The notes: generated by a model from the letters alone, not told the origin. A stretch of DNA of 64,000 bases from Alphaproteobacteria bacterium (GCA_030833925.1 JAURGE010000005.1:4654-68653); one strand, 5' to 3'. Positions 38,393-49,865 are shown, numbered from the stretch's first letter. A program made the numbers and translations.

Positions 38393-39763
38393 ATGCAAGA
38401 AAATTGGAGCCCGCAGAGCTGGCGGACTAAGCAAATTCGTCAGGTGCCAGTCTATGAAGATGAGTCTGCATTAGATGCTGCGCTATCCCAAATAAAGGCC
38501 TACCCACCGCTAGTATTTGCCGGGGAAGCAAGGCGGCTGAAAGATCGTTTAGCGCTTGTAGCAGAAGGAAAGGCTTTTTTGCTTCAAGGCGGTGATTGCG
38601 CTGAGAGCTTTGCAGAGTTCAGTGCTAACAACATTCGTGACACCTTCAGGGTCCTCCTCCAGATGGCAGTTGTTTTGACCTATGGAGGTGGTCTACCTGT
38701 AGTTAAAGTTGGTCGGATTGCCGGACAATTTGCTAAGCCGCGTTCTTCGGACACAGAAGTTATCGATGGCGTTGAGTTACCAAGTTATCGCGGTGACATC
38801 ATTAATGGGTCTGATTTTACGGAAAACGATCGGAAGCCAGACCCGCAGCGCATGGTAACAGCCTATACTCAAGCCTCCGCAACACTCAATTTGCTCCGCG
38901 CTTTTGCGCAGGGTGGTTATGCCGACCTGCATGAAGTCCATCGTTGGAACTTAGATTTCGTTAAGTCTAGTCCTCAAAGTGAACGTTACGGGGCGCTTGC
39001 AGATCGCCTAAGCGAGACCCTTGAGTTTATGGCGGCTTGTGGTTTGACGTCGGAGACAACACCGCAAATTCGTGAAACAGAATTTTTTACCTCTCACGAG
39101 GCGTTGTTACTTAATTTCGAAGAAGCTTTGACGCGCGTCGATAGTACAACTGGCGATTGGTATGACGTTTCTGCCCATCTATTATGGATTGGAGATCGTA
39201 CGCGAGACCTTGAAGAAGCGCATGTAGAGTTTATGAGAGGGATCAAGAATCCTCTGGGTCTAAAATGTGGACCGTCTTTAGACCCCGATAATTTGGTATC
39301 CTTGGTGGAAAGGTTAAATCCTGCAAATGAGGCTGGGCGAATTACCTTGATATGCCGCATGGGAGCAGAGCAAGCAGCGATTAAATTGCCACCATTGATG
39401 CGTAAAGTGCAGGCAGCCGGACAGAAGGTTGTTTGGTCGTCGGATCCTATGCACGGTAATACCGTAAAGTCATCAACAGGATTCAAGACCCGTCCATTCG
39501 AATTGATTCGACAAGAGGTTCAAACGTTCTTCGATGTTGCAAAGGCAGAGGGGGCACATCCGGGCGGACTCCATCTGGAAATGACAGGGAAGGACGTCAC
39601 TGAATGCACTGGGGGTTCACAGGCGATTACTGACGAAAAATTAGCAGATAGATACCATACCTATTGTGACCCCAGGTTGAATGCCTCCCAGGCAATTGAA
39701 TTAGCATTTATGGTCGCAGAGGCGCTTAAGGCAGAGCGTGAGGGCAGGCGAGGTGCTAAATAA
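38393..39763 (+). CDS. Class II DAHP synthase
   Basis: [44 protein letters not shown]. Start placed at ATG 38393. Confidence 0.97.
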   Translation: MQENWSPQSWRTKQIRQVPVYEDESALDAALSQIKAYPPLVFAGEARRLKDRLALVAEGKAFLLQGGDCAESFAEFSANNIRDTFRVLLQMAVVLTYGGGLPVVKVGRIAGQFAKPRSSDTEVIDGVELPSYRGDIINGSDFTENDRKPDPQRMVTAYTQASATLNLLRAFAQGGYADLHEVHRWNLDFVKSSPQSERYGALADRLSETLEFMAACGLTSETTPQIRETEFFTSHEALLLNFEEALTRVDSTTGDWYDVSAHLLWIGDRTRDLEEAHVEFMRGIKNPLGLKCGPSLDPDNLVSLVERLNPANEAGRITLICRMGAEQAAIKLPPLMRKVQAAGQKVVWSSDPMHGNTVKSSTGFKTRPFELIRQEVQTFFDVAKAEGAHPGGLHLEMTGKDVTECTGGSQAITDEKLADRYHTYCDPRLNASQAIELAFMVAEALKAEREGRRGAK

Positions 39764-39805
39764 CTTCTGTTACATTCCTCTTGTCTTAAATAAACGAGGA
39801 AACTG

Positions 39806-40948
39806 ATGCGGCCCGAGGTCAATGACATTCCGCGCTATACGGACGCCTATTTTCAGAAAACAAAGGCGGCTGTTGGAAAATTTGGTGATGTCCAAGCGAC
39901 CTATGCAATTTTTATGCGTCGACCAGTGCTTTATACTGGCAAGTTGGCAACTCAGTGGCTGAAGGAGGTGGCTGAGGCTCGTTCAGTGACTTTTGAAATC
40001 GACGCCCCCCATAATGAAGGTGACTGGGTTGGTGCAGGAGAGCCGTTGCTCTACATCTCCGGATCATTATTCCATTTGGTCGATCTCGAAACTCTCTATC
40101 TTCAAAAACTTGGTGCAGCCTGTGTCGCTGCAATTAACGCCTTTATGATGGCAAAAGCACTTCCTCGGACAGCCTTTCTCGCTATGGACGCCCGTCACTG
40201 TGCTGGTGCGGATATGGCTGAGCTTATGGCCTATGCTGCCAGCGTAGGATCTGAGGCGGCAAAAGCGTTAGGTGCGGTTGGTTTCATTGGTAATGCTACA
40301 GATGCCACGTCTCATTTCTTTGGCATCAATCGTGGGCTCGGTACAATGCCTCATGCGTTGATTGGATATGCTGGGTCCACTTTACGTGCTGCAGAGATGC
40401 TTCATGAGACTTACCCTGACGAAGACATGACAGTGCTTGTGGATTACTACGGTCGCGAAATTTCCGATTCTCTTGAAGTTGCTAGGCATTTCTCAGATAT
40501 GGCAAATGCTGGAAAATTAGCTTTTCGGCTCGACACGCACGGCGGGCGTTATTTGGAGGACATGGATCTTCAGTCTTCATACGCCGTATTGGATCGTTGT
40601 GCGCCTAATGCTATTCGGAGTTACAGGACTGAAGCAGAGTTACGTCATCTTGTTGGAACTGGGGTTACTGCAGCGTCCATTTGGCGGCTTAGAGAGGCTT
40701 TAAATGAAGCCGGTTTTCCAAATACAAAAATTGTGGCGAGTTCTGGCTTTAACGTAGAGAAATGCCAGACAATGGCTATTGCTGAAGCTCCAGTTGATGT
40801 GGTCGGAACAGGTTCGTATTTGCCAGATCGATGGAGTGAAACTTATGCGACGGCCGACATAATTGAATACAACGGGAAGGCCAGCGTTAAAGTTGGCCGT
40901 GAGTTTTTACTTGCTAAAAGTCGCGCCGGACGCGCTGGCAAAAAGTAA
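39806..40948 (+). CDS. pncB: Nicotinate phosphoribosyltransferase (QAPRTase-like fold type)
   Basis: YTDAYF, MDARH, GTMPHALIG (phospho-His motif), RLDTHG, ASSGF; immediately upstream of nadE. Confidence 0.8.
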   Translation: MRPEVNDIPRYTDAYFQKTKAAVGKFGDVQATYAIFMRRPVLYTGKLATQWLKEVAEARSVTFEIDAPHNEGDWVGAGEPLLYISGSLFHLVDLETLYLQKLGAACVAAINAFMMAKALPRTAFLAMDARHCAGADMAELMAYAASVGSEAAKALGAVGFIGNATDATSHFFGINRGLGTMPHALIGYAGSTLRAAEMLHETYPDEDMTVLVDYYGREISDSLEVARHFSDMANAGKLAFRLDTHGGRYLEDMDLQSSYAVLDRCAPNAIRSYRTEAELRHLVGTGVTAASIWRLREALNEAGFPNTKIVASSGFNVEKCQTMAIAEAPVDVVGTGSYLPDRWSETYATADIIEYNGKASVKVGREFLLAKSRAGRAGKK

Positions 40949-40967
40949 GAAAGGGCGGCTTTAGCCA

Positions 40968-42623
40968 ATGACGGACCAATTGGTAATTGGGATTGCCCAG
41001 ATTAATCCCGTCGTCGGTGATATTCTGGGTAATGTCAAAAAAGTGCGTGCTGCTTGGGAGAGGCTGGGGGAAGCAGACTTAATCATCTACCCAGAATTAG
41101 TGATCTCAGGATATCCAGCTGAAGATTTGGTCATGAAGCCAGCTTTTGCTGAGGAATGCAGAGCGGCCGTAGAACGACTGGCTGTTGATACTGTAAATGG
41201 GCCAGCAATGTTAGTTGGATTGCCCTGGCTTGAAAATTCTCAACTATATAATGCAGTGGCGCTTCTAGACGCTGGTCAGATCAGTGCTGTTCGCTACAAA
41301 GTTGATCTACCAAATTACGACGTTTTTGACGAAAAGCGTGTCTTTGCTGCTGGTCCTATGCCCGGACCCATCAATTTCAGAGATGTTAGGATTGGCGTGC
41401 CGATATGCGAAGACATTTGGTCGCCAGACGTGGTCGAATGCTTGGAGGAAAGCGGAGCAGAGCTACTGCTAGTCCCCAATAGTTCGCCTTTTGAGTTGGG
41501 TAAAGCAGAAGTGCGCCTAAATCATGTTGTGGCTAGGGTGACCGAAAGCAATTTGCCATTAGTTTATGTAAATCAGGTGGGAGGTCAGGACGAACTTGTA
41601 TTTGACGGCGCATCGTTTGTCATAGATGGCCACCGGAAACTCCGTGCTCAACTTTCTGGTTGGGAAGAAGATTTTGCTCTTACGCGATGGCAAAGGGATC
41701 AAAACGGCTCTTGGTCTTGCGCTCAAGGGACAGTGGCTAAAGTGCCAGAGGGGCTTGCTTCGATCTATCAGGCAGCAATGCTTGGGCTTCGGGACTATGT
41801 AAACAAGAATGGTTTTCCGGGTGTTATTCTTGGACTTTCTGGAGGAATTGACTCTGCATTATCAGCCGCTCTCGCTGTTGATGCCCTGGGCGCAGATCGG
41901 GTGCGGTGTGTTATGATGCCGTCCCCCTATACATCTCAAGAAAGTCTCGAAGATGCCGCAGCCTGCGCTGCAATGCTTGGGATCGAATATGAAAGCATCT
42001 CGATTGGTCCTGCAATGCAGGCATTTGATGCAATGCTCAAGGATGCGTTCCTGGGAACAGAAGTTGGTGTCACTGAGGAAAATATTCAATCTCGATCTCG
42101 CGGACTCACTCTAATGGCACTATCGAATAAGTTTGGTGATATGGTGCTTTCAACAGGCAACAAGTCAGAGATGGCAGTGGGCTATGCCACACTTTATGGA
42201 GATATGTGCGGTGGCTACAATGCAATAAAAGATATCTACAAGACAACGGTATTTCAGCTTAGCGACTGGCGAAATCAATATGTCCCTCTTGGTGGAAAAG
42301 GCTCACCGGGAGCTGTTATGCCAGAGCGTATTATTTCTAAACCACCATCGGCGGAGCTCAGGCCAGATCAGAAGGATGAAGATTCACTTCCTCCTTACGA
42401 TGAATTAGATGGAATTTTGCAAGCATTAGTTGAAGACGAACGATCAGTCGCTGACGTTGTGGCAGCGGGTTACAATGAGGAAACAGTTCGTCGTGTGTGG
42501 AGACTGCTAGATTTATCTGAGTATAAGCGTCGCCAAGCACCACCAGGTCCAAAAATCACCCGTAAGAATTTTGGCAAAGACCGTCGATATCCCATCACTA
42601 ACGGCTTTAGGCGACAAATTTGA
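40968..42623 (+). CDS. nadE: Glutamine-dependent NAD+ synthetase
   Basis: Nitrilase domain (YPEL, FDEKR, ICEDIW) plus SGGIDS, STGNKSE, PPSAELRPDQKD, EYKRRQ. Confidence 0.97.
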   Translation: MTDQLVIGIAQINPVVGDILGNVKKVRAAWERLGEADLIIYPELVISGYPAEDLVMKPAFAEECRAAVERLAVDTVNGPAMLVGLPWLENSQLYNAVALLDAGQISAVRYKVDLPNYDVFDEKRVFAAGPMPGPINFRDVRIGVPICEDIWSPDVVECLEESGAELLLVPNSSPFELGKAEVRLNHVVARVTESNLPLVYVNQVGGQDELVFDGASFVIDGHRKLRAQLSGWEEDFALTRWQRDQNGSWSCAQGTVAKVPEGLASIYQAAMLGLRDYVNKNGFPGVILGLSGGIDSALSAALAVDALGADRVRCVMMPSPYTSQESLEDAAACAAMLGIEYESISIGPAMQAFDAMLKDAFLGTEVGVTEENIQSRSRGLTLMALSNKFGDMVLSTGNKSEMAVGYATLYGDMCGGYNAIKDIYKTTVFQLSDWRNQYVPLGGKGSPGAVMPERIISKPPSAELRPDQKDEDSLPPYDELDGILQALVEDERSVADVVAAGYNEETVRRVWRLLDLSEYKRRQAPPGPKITRKNFGKDRRYPITNGFRRQI

Positions 42624-42767
42624 ATATTTGATTTTAGTATTTTTTCAAAATTCGATCCTACTTTATGTTAATTTCATGACATGCAGGTCAAACGTTTTAG
42701 AAATGACCTTAGCGCCCATTTTATTCGAGTAACTCTAATTTTTATCGGATTTGATTAAGGAGATTTC

Positions 42768-43610
42768 ATGTCTGGTTTTGGGAAGCGTGTGGCGCTGATC
42801 ACTGGTTGCGGCAAAGAGAATGGGATTGGCGCGGCAACTGCCAGGCGTCTTGCCAATGAGGGTGTTATTGTTGCGGTATCAGATGCTGCATCAGCCGGAG
42901 TTGAAAATGATAATGCTGTGGCTCGTTTAGGCTCTGGTTGGCAGGGATTAGATACGCTTGTCCATCAAATTGAGGATGCTGGTGGTGAAGCAATGAGCGT
43001 TGTTGGTGATGTCACCACTGAGCAAGGCTCCAGTGACTTAGTTTCAAGCGTTGTGGAGCGGTATGGCCGACTTGATATTCTGGTTAACAACGCTGGCGCA
43101 CCGCACGGGAAAGATAGAGGACAGATCGAGACCATTCCGCTAGAGGGTTGGGAAGCAGTAATGGCGGTAAATGCCCGCGGGGTTTTTCTTATGATCAGAG
43201 CTGCCGTTCCGCATATGAAGTCTGCTGGCTATGGTCGGATAGTATCTATGGCTTCGGTTGCTGGATTATATGCATTGCCGGAGCGAGCTGCGTATTCAGC
43301 TTCTAAAGCAGCCGTAATTGGAATGACCCGTTCTATCGCATATGATCTTTCTGGGTTTGGAATCACAGTAAACTGCGTGTGCCCTGGATCCATTCGGACG
43401 GACCGAGCAATTAGTTCTACTCTGCGTGCTGGGTGGGCTAATGTCGAAGATGGACTGAAAGAGCGGGCAAAGGAAATTCCAGTGGGCCGGCATGGTTTTC
43501 CCGACGAAGTTGCCGAAATGATAGCTTACCTTTCATCTGAGAAAGCAGGATTTACTACTGGGCAAGCTTTTGTCATTGATGGTGGTGGTCTCCCGCCCAG
43601 TGCGTTTTAA
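42768..43610 (+). CDS. SDR-family oxidoreductase
   Basis: TGCGKENGIG, LVNNAG, YSASK (YxxxK), VNCVCPG, IDGG. Confidence 0.93.
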   Translation: MSGFGKRVALITGCGKENGIGAATARRLANEGVIVAVSDAASAGVENDNAVARLGSGWQGLDTLVHQIEDAGGEAMSVVGDVTTEQGSSDLVSSVVERYGRLDILVNNAGAPHGKDRGQIETIPLEGWEAVMAVNARGVFLMIRAAVPHMKSAGYGRIVSMASVAGLYALPERAAYSASKAAVIGMTRSIAYDLSGFGITVNCVCPGSIRTDRAISSTLRAGWANVEDGLKERAKEIPVGRHGFPDEVAEMIAYLSSEKAGFTTGQAFVIDGGGLPPSAF

Positions 43611-44380
43611 GATTTTAGCTGCCGCCTTAGTGCAGCCAAACGAGCAACGACCCCGCGTAGAGTTTTTGCTTCCTGTTCAGTCAAGCGCGCTCTTGCAAAA
43701 ATATTATGAAGATTTTGTTGCATAGTGGGCCGTTGCTCTGGTGATCGGTAGAATGAAGCAGCATCCAATTCTTCGTTCAAATGATTTATTAGTCCTTGAA
43801 CATCGGATTGTGGTGCTAGTTCACCATCGCCTATAAACGCGTCGATTTCAGGTGTTGTGTCTGCAGTCTTCAAAAACTCCCAGGCAATAAGCAAAACTGA
43901 TTGCCCTAAATTCAAGGAGCTATAAGCTGGATTGAGTGGTGCAGTTATAATTCCTTGGGTCTGCATAACATCGTGATTGGTTAGTCCGGATCGCTCACGA
44001 CCAAAGAGAATGCCAACTTTGCGATTGAGGGCTATTTCTTTGCGTATCTCACTTGCTGCACCAGATGGCGTATACACCGGCTTTACCATATCTCGTGATC
44101 GAGCCGTTGTCGCATATACCAGATGCAAATCAGAAATAGCTTCTCGCGTATTACGGAAGACCTGCGCATTATCCACCACCCAGTCGGCGCCAGCCGAAGC
44201 GGAGACAGCTTTTGGGTTTGGCCAACCATCCCTTGGTCTGACAAGGCGAAGCTCCGTTAGACCACAGTTTAGCATGGCACGTGCTGCTGCACCGATATTC
44301 TCGCCTAACTGAGGTTCTACGAGAATAATGGCAGGACCTGTGACAGGTTTATCAGGTTTTGTTGCAACAGCGCCAGTCAT
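43607..44380 (-). CDS. trmJ: TrmJ/LasT-family RNA methyltransferase
   Basis: ILVEPQLGENIGAAARAM, FGRERSGL, SSLNLGQSV. Confidence 0.9.
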   Translation of the reverse strand: MTGAVATKPDKPVTGPAIILVEPQLGENIGAAARAMLNCGLTELRLVRPRDGWPNPKAVSASAGADWVVDNAQVFRNTREAISDLHLVYATTARSRDMVKPVYTPSGAASEIRKEIALNRKVGILFGRERSGLTNHDVMQTQGIITAPLNPAYSSLNLGQSVLLIAWEFLKTADTTPEIDAFIGDGELAPQSDVQGLINHLNEELDAASFYRSPEQRPTMQQNLHNIFARARLTEQEAKTLRGVVARLAALRRQLKS

Positions 44381-44384
44381 GGTT

Positions 44385-45983
44385 TTAGGTCGGTGGCAAT
44401 GCACCGGAGCTCATAAGTTTATAGATAATGCCGTCTGTTAACGCTTCATAGCTTGCAGAAATTATATCTCCCGAAAGACCAACTGTAGTCCAACGCTGTC
44501 CAGACGCATCTGAACTCTCCAGCATCACTCTTGTTACCGCGGCAGTGCCATCGCCAGAATTAAGGATACGGACGCGATAATCTGTTAGTCGGACCTCATT
44601 AACTACAGGATAAAACGGCGCTAGTGCCTTACGGAGCGCATGGTCCAAGGCATTTACTGGGCCATTACCTTCAGCCACTTCAAGTGAACGAGCAGAGCCT
44701 ACAGAAACCTTTACAGTTGCTTCGGAAAGGGCAGGTTTCTGGCTTCCTATTTCAAATCTATGCTCATCCAAAACCCTGAAAGTCTCAATTGAAAAATAAT
44801 TAGGTAGACCATCTGTTAACCGCCGAGCCAAGAGTTCAAAGCTGGCTTCTGCACCATCATAAGAATATCCCTGATATTCTCGCTCTTTTACTGCTTCTAC
44901 GATACTTAAAACTCGGTGATCTTTCGCATCAATATCTATCCCAAGATCACGAAAACGCGATATGACGTTTGCTCGGCCAGCCTGGTCAGAAACAAGAATT
45001 AGCCTCGAGTTGCCCACAATATCAGGGTTTATGTGCTCATAGAGGCTTGGGTCTTTTTCTACCGCCGATACGTGCAGGCCTGCTTTATGGGCAAAGGCTG
45101 ATGCGCCGACATAGGCAGCATGTCGATTTGGAGCACGATTCAGACGCTCATCCAAAATGCGGCTGACTTCAGGTAATTTTTTTAGAGCTTCGTTCGATAT
45201 CCCAACATCATAGCCGAGCTTCAGCATCAAAGATGGAATAAGGGAGATCAAATTCGCGTTTCCACATCGCTCGCCTAGACCATTGAGAGTTCCTTGTACT
45301 TGCCTAGCACCCGCTTGAACGGCAGCTAAAGAATTTGCGACAGCGTTTTCAGTATCGTTATGGGTATGAATTCCAATTTTTTCGCCGGGAAATTTCGCGC
45401 ATACAACACTTACAATTTCAAAAATTTCATTCGGAAGCGTTCCTCCGTTGGTATCACATAGCACGACCCAGCGTGCACCAGCATTCAGAGCTGTTTCGAT
45501 AGCTTCCAGTGCATAACTAGAATTAGCCTTATAGCCATCAAAAAAATGTTCAGCGTCAAATATGGTTTCACGTCCGCGGCCCACGCATTCTGAGACACTC
45601 TCCGAAATCATCCGGAGATTCTCTTCAAGGTCCACGCCCAAAGCTGTAAGAGCGTGGGCATCATGCGTTTTTCCCACTAAGCAGACGGCAGGCGTGTTCG
45701 CGGAAAGAACAGCGGTTAGGCTTGGATCATTTGCAGCACTTCGACCAGAGCGGCGCGTCATTCCAAAAGCGGTTAAAGTTGATCTATTTAGATTGTGCTC
45801 TTGCTGGAAAAAAGCATCATCGCGAGGATTTGCTCCTGGCCATCCACCTTCGATGTAATCAATCCCAATACTATCTAGTACATCGGCTATTGCTGCTTTA
45901 TCAGCAGCACTGAAATCGACGCCATGTGTTTGGGCCCCATCTCGGAGAGTGGTGTCGTAGAGATAAACTCTTTCACCTGACAT
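44385..45983 (-). CDS. cimA: Citramalate synthase
   Basis: YDTTLRDGAQ, GGWPGANP, DAEHFFDG, HTHND, GERCGNANL, AFAHKAGLH. Confidence 0.93.
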   Translation of the reverse strand: MSGERVYLYDTTLRDGAQTHGVDFSAADKAAIADVLDSIGIDYIEGGWPGANPRDDAFFQQEHNLNRSTLTAFGMTRRSGRSAANDPSLTAVLSANTPAVCLVGKTHDAHALTALGVDLEENLRMISESVSECVGRGRETIFDAEHFFDGYKANSSYALEAIETALNAGARWVVLCDTNGGTLPNEIFEIVSVVCAKFPGEKIGIHTHNDTENAVANSLAAVQAGARQVQGTLNGLGERCGNANLISLIPSLMLKLGYDVGISNEALKKLPEVSRILDERLNRAPNRHAAYVGASAFAHKAGLHVSAVEKDPSLYEHINPDIVGNSRLILVSDQAGRANVISRFRDLGIDIDAKDHRVLSIVEAVKEREYQGYSYDGAEASFELLARRLTDGLPNYFSIETFRVLDEHRFEIGSQKPALSEATVKVSVGSARSLEVAEGNGPVNALDHALRKALAPFYPVVNEVRLTDYRVRILNSGDGTAAVTRVMLESSDASGQRWTTVGLSGDIISASYEALTDGIIYKLMSSGALPPT

Positions 45984-46074
45984 AGTCTCACATTCCTGCA
46001 AATGCGAAGCGGGGACGATTTTGTATCGCCCCCGCATATCTTCTAATCCAGAAAGCCTGAACTAAAACAGTTTT

Positions 46075-47379
46075 TCAGCGTTGTCCGATGTTTACATAGT
46101 CACGAGCAGCAGATCCTGTGTAGAGCTGACGCGGACGATTAATTTTTTGTTCTGGGTCTCCAATTAACTCATTCCACTGTGAAACCCAGCCAACTGTGCG
46201 TCCAATTGCAAAAAGTGCAGTGAACATAGAAACAGGGAAACCCATCGCCTTTAATATAAAGCCCGAGTAGAAATCGACATTTGGATAAAGACGCCGTTTG
46301 ATGAAGTACTCATCTTCTAGGGCAATCCTCTCTAGTTCGACAGCTACCTCTAGGAGGGGATCGTGTATTCCAAGAGTGTTAAGTACATCGTGAGCAGCTT
46401 TGCTGATCACTGTCGCTCGAGGGTCGAAGTTTTTATAGACCCTATGTCCAAAGCCAAACAGGCGGAACGGATCATCTGGATCTTTAGCTTTCTGCACCAT
46501 AGACGCGACTTTGTCTTTGGTTCCAATCTCTTCCAGCATGTTGAGGACTTGCTCATTAGCCCCACCATGACTTGGTCCCCAGAGAGCAGCAATACCCGCT
46601 GAAATGCAAGCGTAGGGGTTAGCACCAGTTGATCCAGCCAGTCGCACGGTTGATGCAGATGCGTTTTGTTCGTGGTCTGCATGCAATGTAAAGATTGTAT
46701 CTAATGCTTTTGAAATAACGGGGTCTACTTTGTATTCCTCACACGGTGTTGAAAAACACATGTGAAGGAAATTTTCTGCGTAACCCATGTGGTTCCGGGG
46801 ATACACGAACGGTTGACCTATTGTGTACTTGTACGCCATAGCCGCGATTGTGGGCATTTTTGCAACCAAACGGTACTGTGCAACCATTCGGTGCCGCGGA
46901 TCGTTGATATCCAAGCTGTCATGATAGAATGCAGCTAAACCACCAACTACACCGCACATCACGGCCATTGGATGGGCATCTCGCCGGAAGCCTCGGAAAA
47001 AATTGTTTATTTGGTCATGTACCATGTTGTGATGCGAAATGTCGTACACAAACTTATCATATTGAGCCTTAGTCGGAAGCTCGCCGAACATTAAAAGGTA
47101 ACAAACCTCCATGTAATCGCTTTTTTCGGCAAGTTGTTCGATGGGGTAGCCACGGTAAAGCAGTATGCCTTCATCGCCGTCAATAAATGTCACCTCTGAT
47201 TTACAGCTTCCTGTGGCGGTATAACCAGGATCGTAAGTGAATACGCCCATCTCTTTGTAAAGGCTGCGGATATCCATGACAGGTACCCCGGCCGTGCCGT
47301 TCATGATAGGGAAACTTGCAGTCTTTCCAGACTCATCATCCTTCATGGTTATTGTGCGGTTTGAGCCTTTATCGGTCAT
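46075..47379 (-). CDS. gltA: Citrate synthase (type II)
   Basis: [45 protein letters not shown]. Confidence 0.98.
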   Translation of the reverse strand: MTDKGSNRTITMKDDESGKTASFPIMNGTAGVPVMDIRSLYKEMGVFTYDPGYTATGSCKSEVTFIDGDEGILLYRGYPIEQLAEKSDYMEVCYLLMFGELPTKAQYDKFVYDISHHNMVHDQINNFFRGFRRDAHPMAVMCGVVGGLAAFYHDSLDINDPRHRMVAQYRLVAKMPTIAAMAYKYTIGQPFVYPRNHMGYAENFLHMCFSTPCEEYKVDPVISKALDTIFTLHADHEQNASASTVRLAGSTGANPYACISAGIAALWGPSHGGANEQVLNMLEEIGTKDKVASMVQKAKDPDDPFRLFGFGHRVYKNFDPRATVISKAAHDVLNTLGIHDPLLEVAVELERIALEDEYFIKRRLYPNVDFYSGFILKAMGFPVSMFTALFAIGRTVGWVSQWNELIGDPEQKINRPRQLYTGSAARDYVNIGQR

Positions 47380-47481
47380 TCTGTATCGCCCCCCATTAGG
47401 CGTAGCGGCGTTAGCCGCGTTTCGTTCAATTTCGTGTTTAGAATGTACTCTTCGATGCTTCTCTGTGCAATCAAAACGGCA

Positions 47482-48891
47482 TTAGGCCAAAACAGCGTCA
47501 ATGCGCAATAAGGTCTCTTCTTTACCTAGAATGGTCGCAACCTCGAATAAGCTAGGTGAAGCGTCAGAGCCGGTTAGAGCAGCGCGCAACGGTTGAGCCA
47601 AATTTCCCAGCTTTACTTCTTCGCTATCAGCCGTGTCCCGAAGCAAAATCTCAATATTTGTTTCTGTCCAGTCCGAATCCTCAACATTTCCCAAATCTGC
47701 TCGCACCCGAGTCAGCAAAGTAATTGATACTTCTGAAGCGAGAATTTTTCCAGCTTTTTCAGTAAGTGCTTTTGGGGCGCCTGAAATATAAATCTTTGAG
47801 ATTTCGACTAGGTCGATAAGTGTTTTTGCCCGGGGTTTTAGGCTTGGAAGGCCTCTTTCAATGCGAACTTTTTCTATGTCGCTCAGACTATTTTGAATCT
47901 GTTTTTCTAGATTTTTTATTACAACTGCGGCTAAAGACTCTGTGTCACTTTCTCTCAAATAGTGGGCATTAACGCTTTCGAGCTTAACTAAGTCAAAGCG
48001 TGCAGGGGCACGATTGACAGCCTCCAGGTCAAACAGAGCAGTTGCTTCCTCTGTCGAAAAAATTTCTTGGTCCCCGTAGCTCCAACCCAAACGTAACAAA
48101 TAATTTCGAACTGCTTCTGGTAATAATCCCATATCCCGATAGGCATCGACACCAAGAGCACCATGCCTTTTTGAAAGTTTTGATCCATCTGGGCCATGAA
48201 TTAATGGGATGTGGGCGAATTCAGGAAGGTCCCATCCCATTGCCATGAACACCTGGGCCTGACGGAATGCATTATTAAGATGATCATCGCCTCTGATTAC
48301 GTGTGTCACCCCCATGTCATGATCATCGACGACCACAGCTAACATATAGGTTGGAGTGCCATCGGCACGTAAGAGGACCATATCGTCAAGCTCTTTGTTA
48401 GCTACGCGTACCTCTCCTTGAACCCGGTCGACTATAACCGTATCCCCTGTTTCCGGGGCTTTTAAGCGGATTGCTGGAGCAATTCCTTTAGGGGCATCTG
48501 AGGGGTCTCGATCACGCCATCTCCCATCATAACGAAAGCGCTTTCCTTCAGCGGAGGCGGCTTCCCGCATAGCCTGGAGTTCTTCTGGCGTTGCATAACA
48601 TTTGTAAGCATGACCTGAAGCTAGCATCATCTCTGCGACCTCACGATGACGCTCACTTTGTGAATATTGGTAGATGGGATCTCCATCCCATTTCAGCCCA
48701 AGCCAATCAAGGCCATCTAGGATTGCCGCTATTGCAGGCTCGGTAGACCTTTTGCGATCAGTATCTTCAATTCTGAGTTTGAACGCACCGCTATGCCGGC
48801 GAGCAAAGAGCCAGTTAAATAGAGCCGTTCGTGCCCCTCCGATATGCAGAAAGCCTGTCGGTGAGGGGGCAAAACGGGTAACTATTTTCAT
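47482..48891 (-). CDS. gltX: Glutamate--tRNA ligase
   Basis: [15 protein letters not shown] (HIGH), KLSKRHG (KMSKS-like). Start placed at ATG 48891 (MKIVTRF). Confidence 0.97.
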   Translation of the reverse strand: MKIVTRFAPSPTGFLHIGGARTALFNWLFARRHSGAFKLRIEDTDRKRSTEPAIAAILDGLDWLGLKWDGDPIYQYSQSERHREVAEMMLASGHAYKCYATPEELQAMREAASAEGKRFRYDGRWRDRDPSDAPKGIAPAIRLKAPETGDTVIVDRVQGEVRVANKELDDMVLLRADGTPTYMLAVVVDDHDMGVTHVIRGDDHLNNAFRQAQVFMAMGWDLPEFAHIPLIHGPDGSKLSKRHGALGVDAYRDMGLLPEAVRNYLLRLGWSYGDQEIFSTEEATALFDLEAVNRAPARFDLVKLESVNAHYLRESDTESLAAVVIKNLEKQIQNSLSDIEKVRIERGLPSLKPRAKTLIDLVEISKIYISGAPKALTEKAGKILASEVSITLLTRVRADLGNVEDSDWTETNIEILLRDTADSEEVKLGNLAQPLRAALTGSDASPSLFEVATILGKEETLLRIDAVLA

Positions 48892-49111
48892 AGCGCAGTT
48901 GTTCCACGTTAAATCAAGCGGGTTTAGTAAGTGAGGATATACCGTGCAACGGCCTGCTGAGGTCAATACCTCTTTTTGCATTTTGCAGTTTTGATGCCGG
49001 ACAAACTAATCTTTTGCGCCTGGCTATCAATTTATAGGCAGATTTTATCCGTATGCGATCACTTTTGAGTCACAAAGAGTAAGTCATGTAATTTTTGCGG
49101 CTAAAATGAAT

Positions 49112-49801
49112 TCAATAACGTCTCACCAGGCCGACTAATTTACCTTGCACGCTGACATCCTGGGGGGCGTATTCTTGAGGAGGAAAATCTAAATTTGAGG
49201 CGCGCAAAATAATTCGATTATGATGTTTCTCTATTCGCTTGAGTGTGGCTTCTTCGTTGCGAACAAGCGCCACTACAATATCATTATTTTCGAAGCTTGA
49301 TCCCTCTTCAATGATCACTATGTCCCCGTCAATTATTCCATCTCCTTCCATCGAGGCACCAGCAACGGAGAGAGCATAGTGTTGTCCGCGGCCTATCATA
49401 TCCGAGGGCACATCTACAAAGCTATTTGGATCACGCAAGGCCTCAATAGGCGTTCCGGCGGCAATGTGGCCATGGAGAGGTAGTTGCACCGCGCGCGCGT
49501 TATCGTTGTGTGCAGTTGCTGTTGGTAAAGGTTTAGAGCGTTGCGCTGGGAGCTTTTGAATGGTGCTCTGCCCGGAAAGTGCAGCGGTTTCCGGAAGCCT
49601 CATGACCTCTAAAGCTCGCGCTTTATGGGCGAGGCGGCGAATAAATCCTCGCTCTTCTAACCCTGAAATCAAACGGTGGACACCTGACTTCGATCGAAGA
49701 TCAAGAGCATCTCTCATCTCGTCAAAAGAGGGAGATATGCCAGTTTCAGCGATGCGCTTGTTAATGAAAATTAGGAGTTCGTGCTGCTTCCGAGTGAGCA
49801 T
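49112..49801 (-). CDS. lexA: SOS repressor LexA
   Basis: MLTRKQ..PSFDEM..SKSGVHRL, IAAGTP (Ala-Gly cleavage site), GASM (Ser), ATLK (Lys). Confidence 0.97.
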   Translation of the reverse strand: MLTRKQHELLIFINKRIAETGISPSFDEMRDALDLRSKSGVHRLISGLEERGFIRRLAHKARALEVMRLPETAALSGQSTIQKLPAQRSKPLPTATAHNDNARAVQLPLHGHIAAGTPIEALRDPNSFVDVPSDMIGRGQHYALSVAGASMEGDGIIDGDIVIIEEGSSFENNDIVVALVRNEEATLKRIEKHHNRIILRASNLDFPPQEYAPQDVSVQGKLVGLVRRY

Positions 49802-49850
49802 ATCCAAACCTCCATAAGTGGATGCATAGAGTTAATCTACAACAAACAAT

Positions 49851-49865
49851 GTTCTATTTTAGTTC
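49851..49865. promoter_or_regulatory. Alphaproteobacterial LexA (SOS) box
   Basis: GTTC-TATTTTA-GTTC, an exact GTTC-N7-GTTC about 50 nt upstream of lexA. Confidence 0.85.

Noticed and set aside
30203-43610. Convergent gene overlaps (30203-30206, 33944-33963, 43607-43610) as antisense regulation
   Set aside because: Short tail-to-tail overlaps are common in compact genomes, and nothing in the sequence shows a regulatory role.
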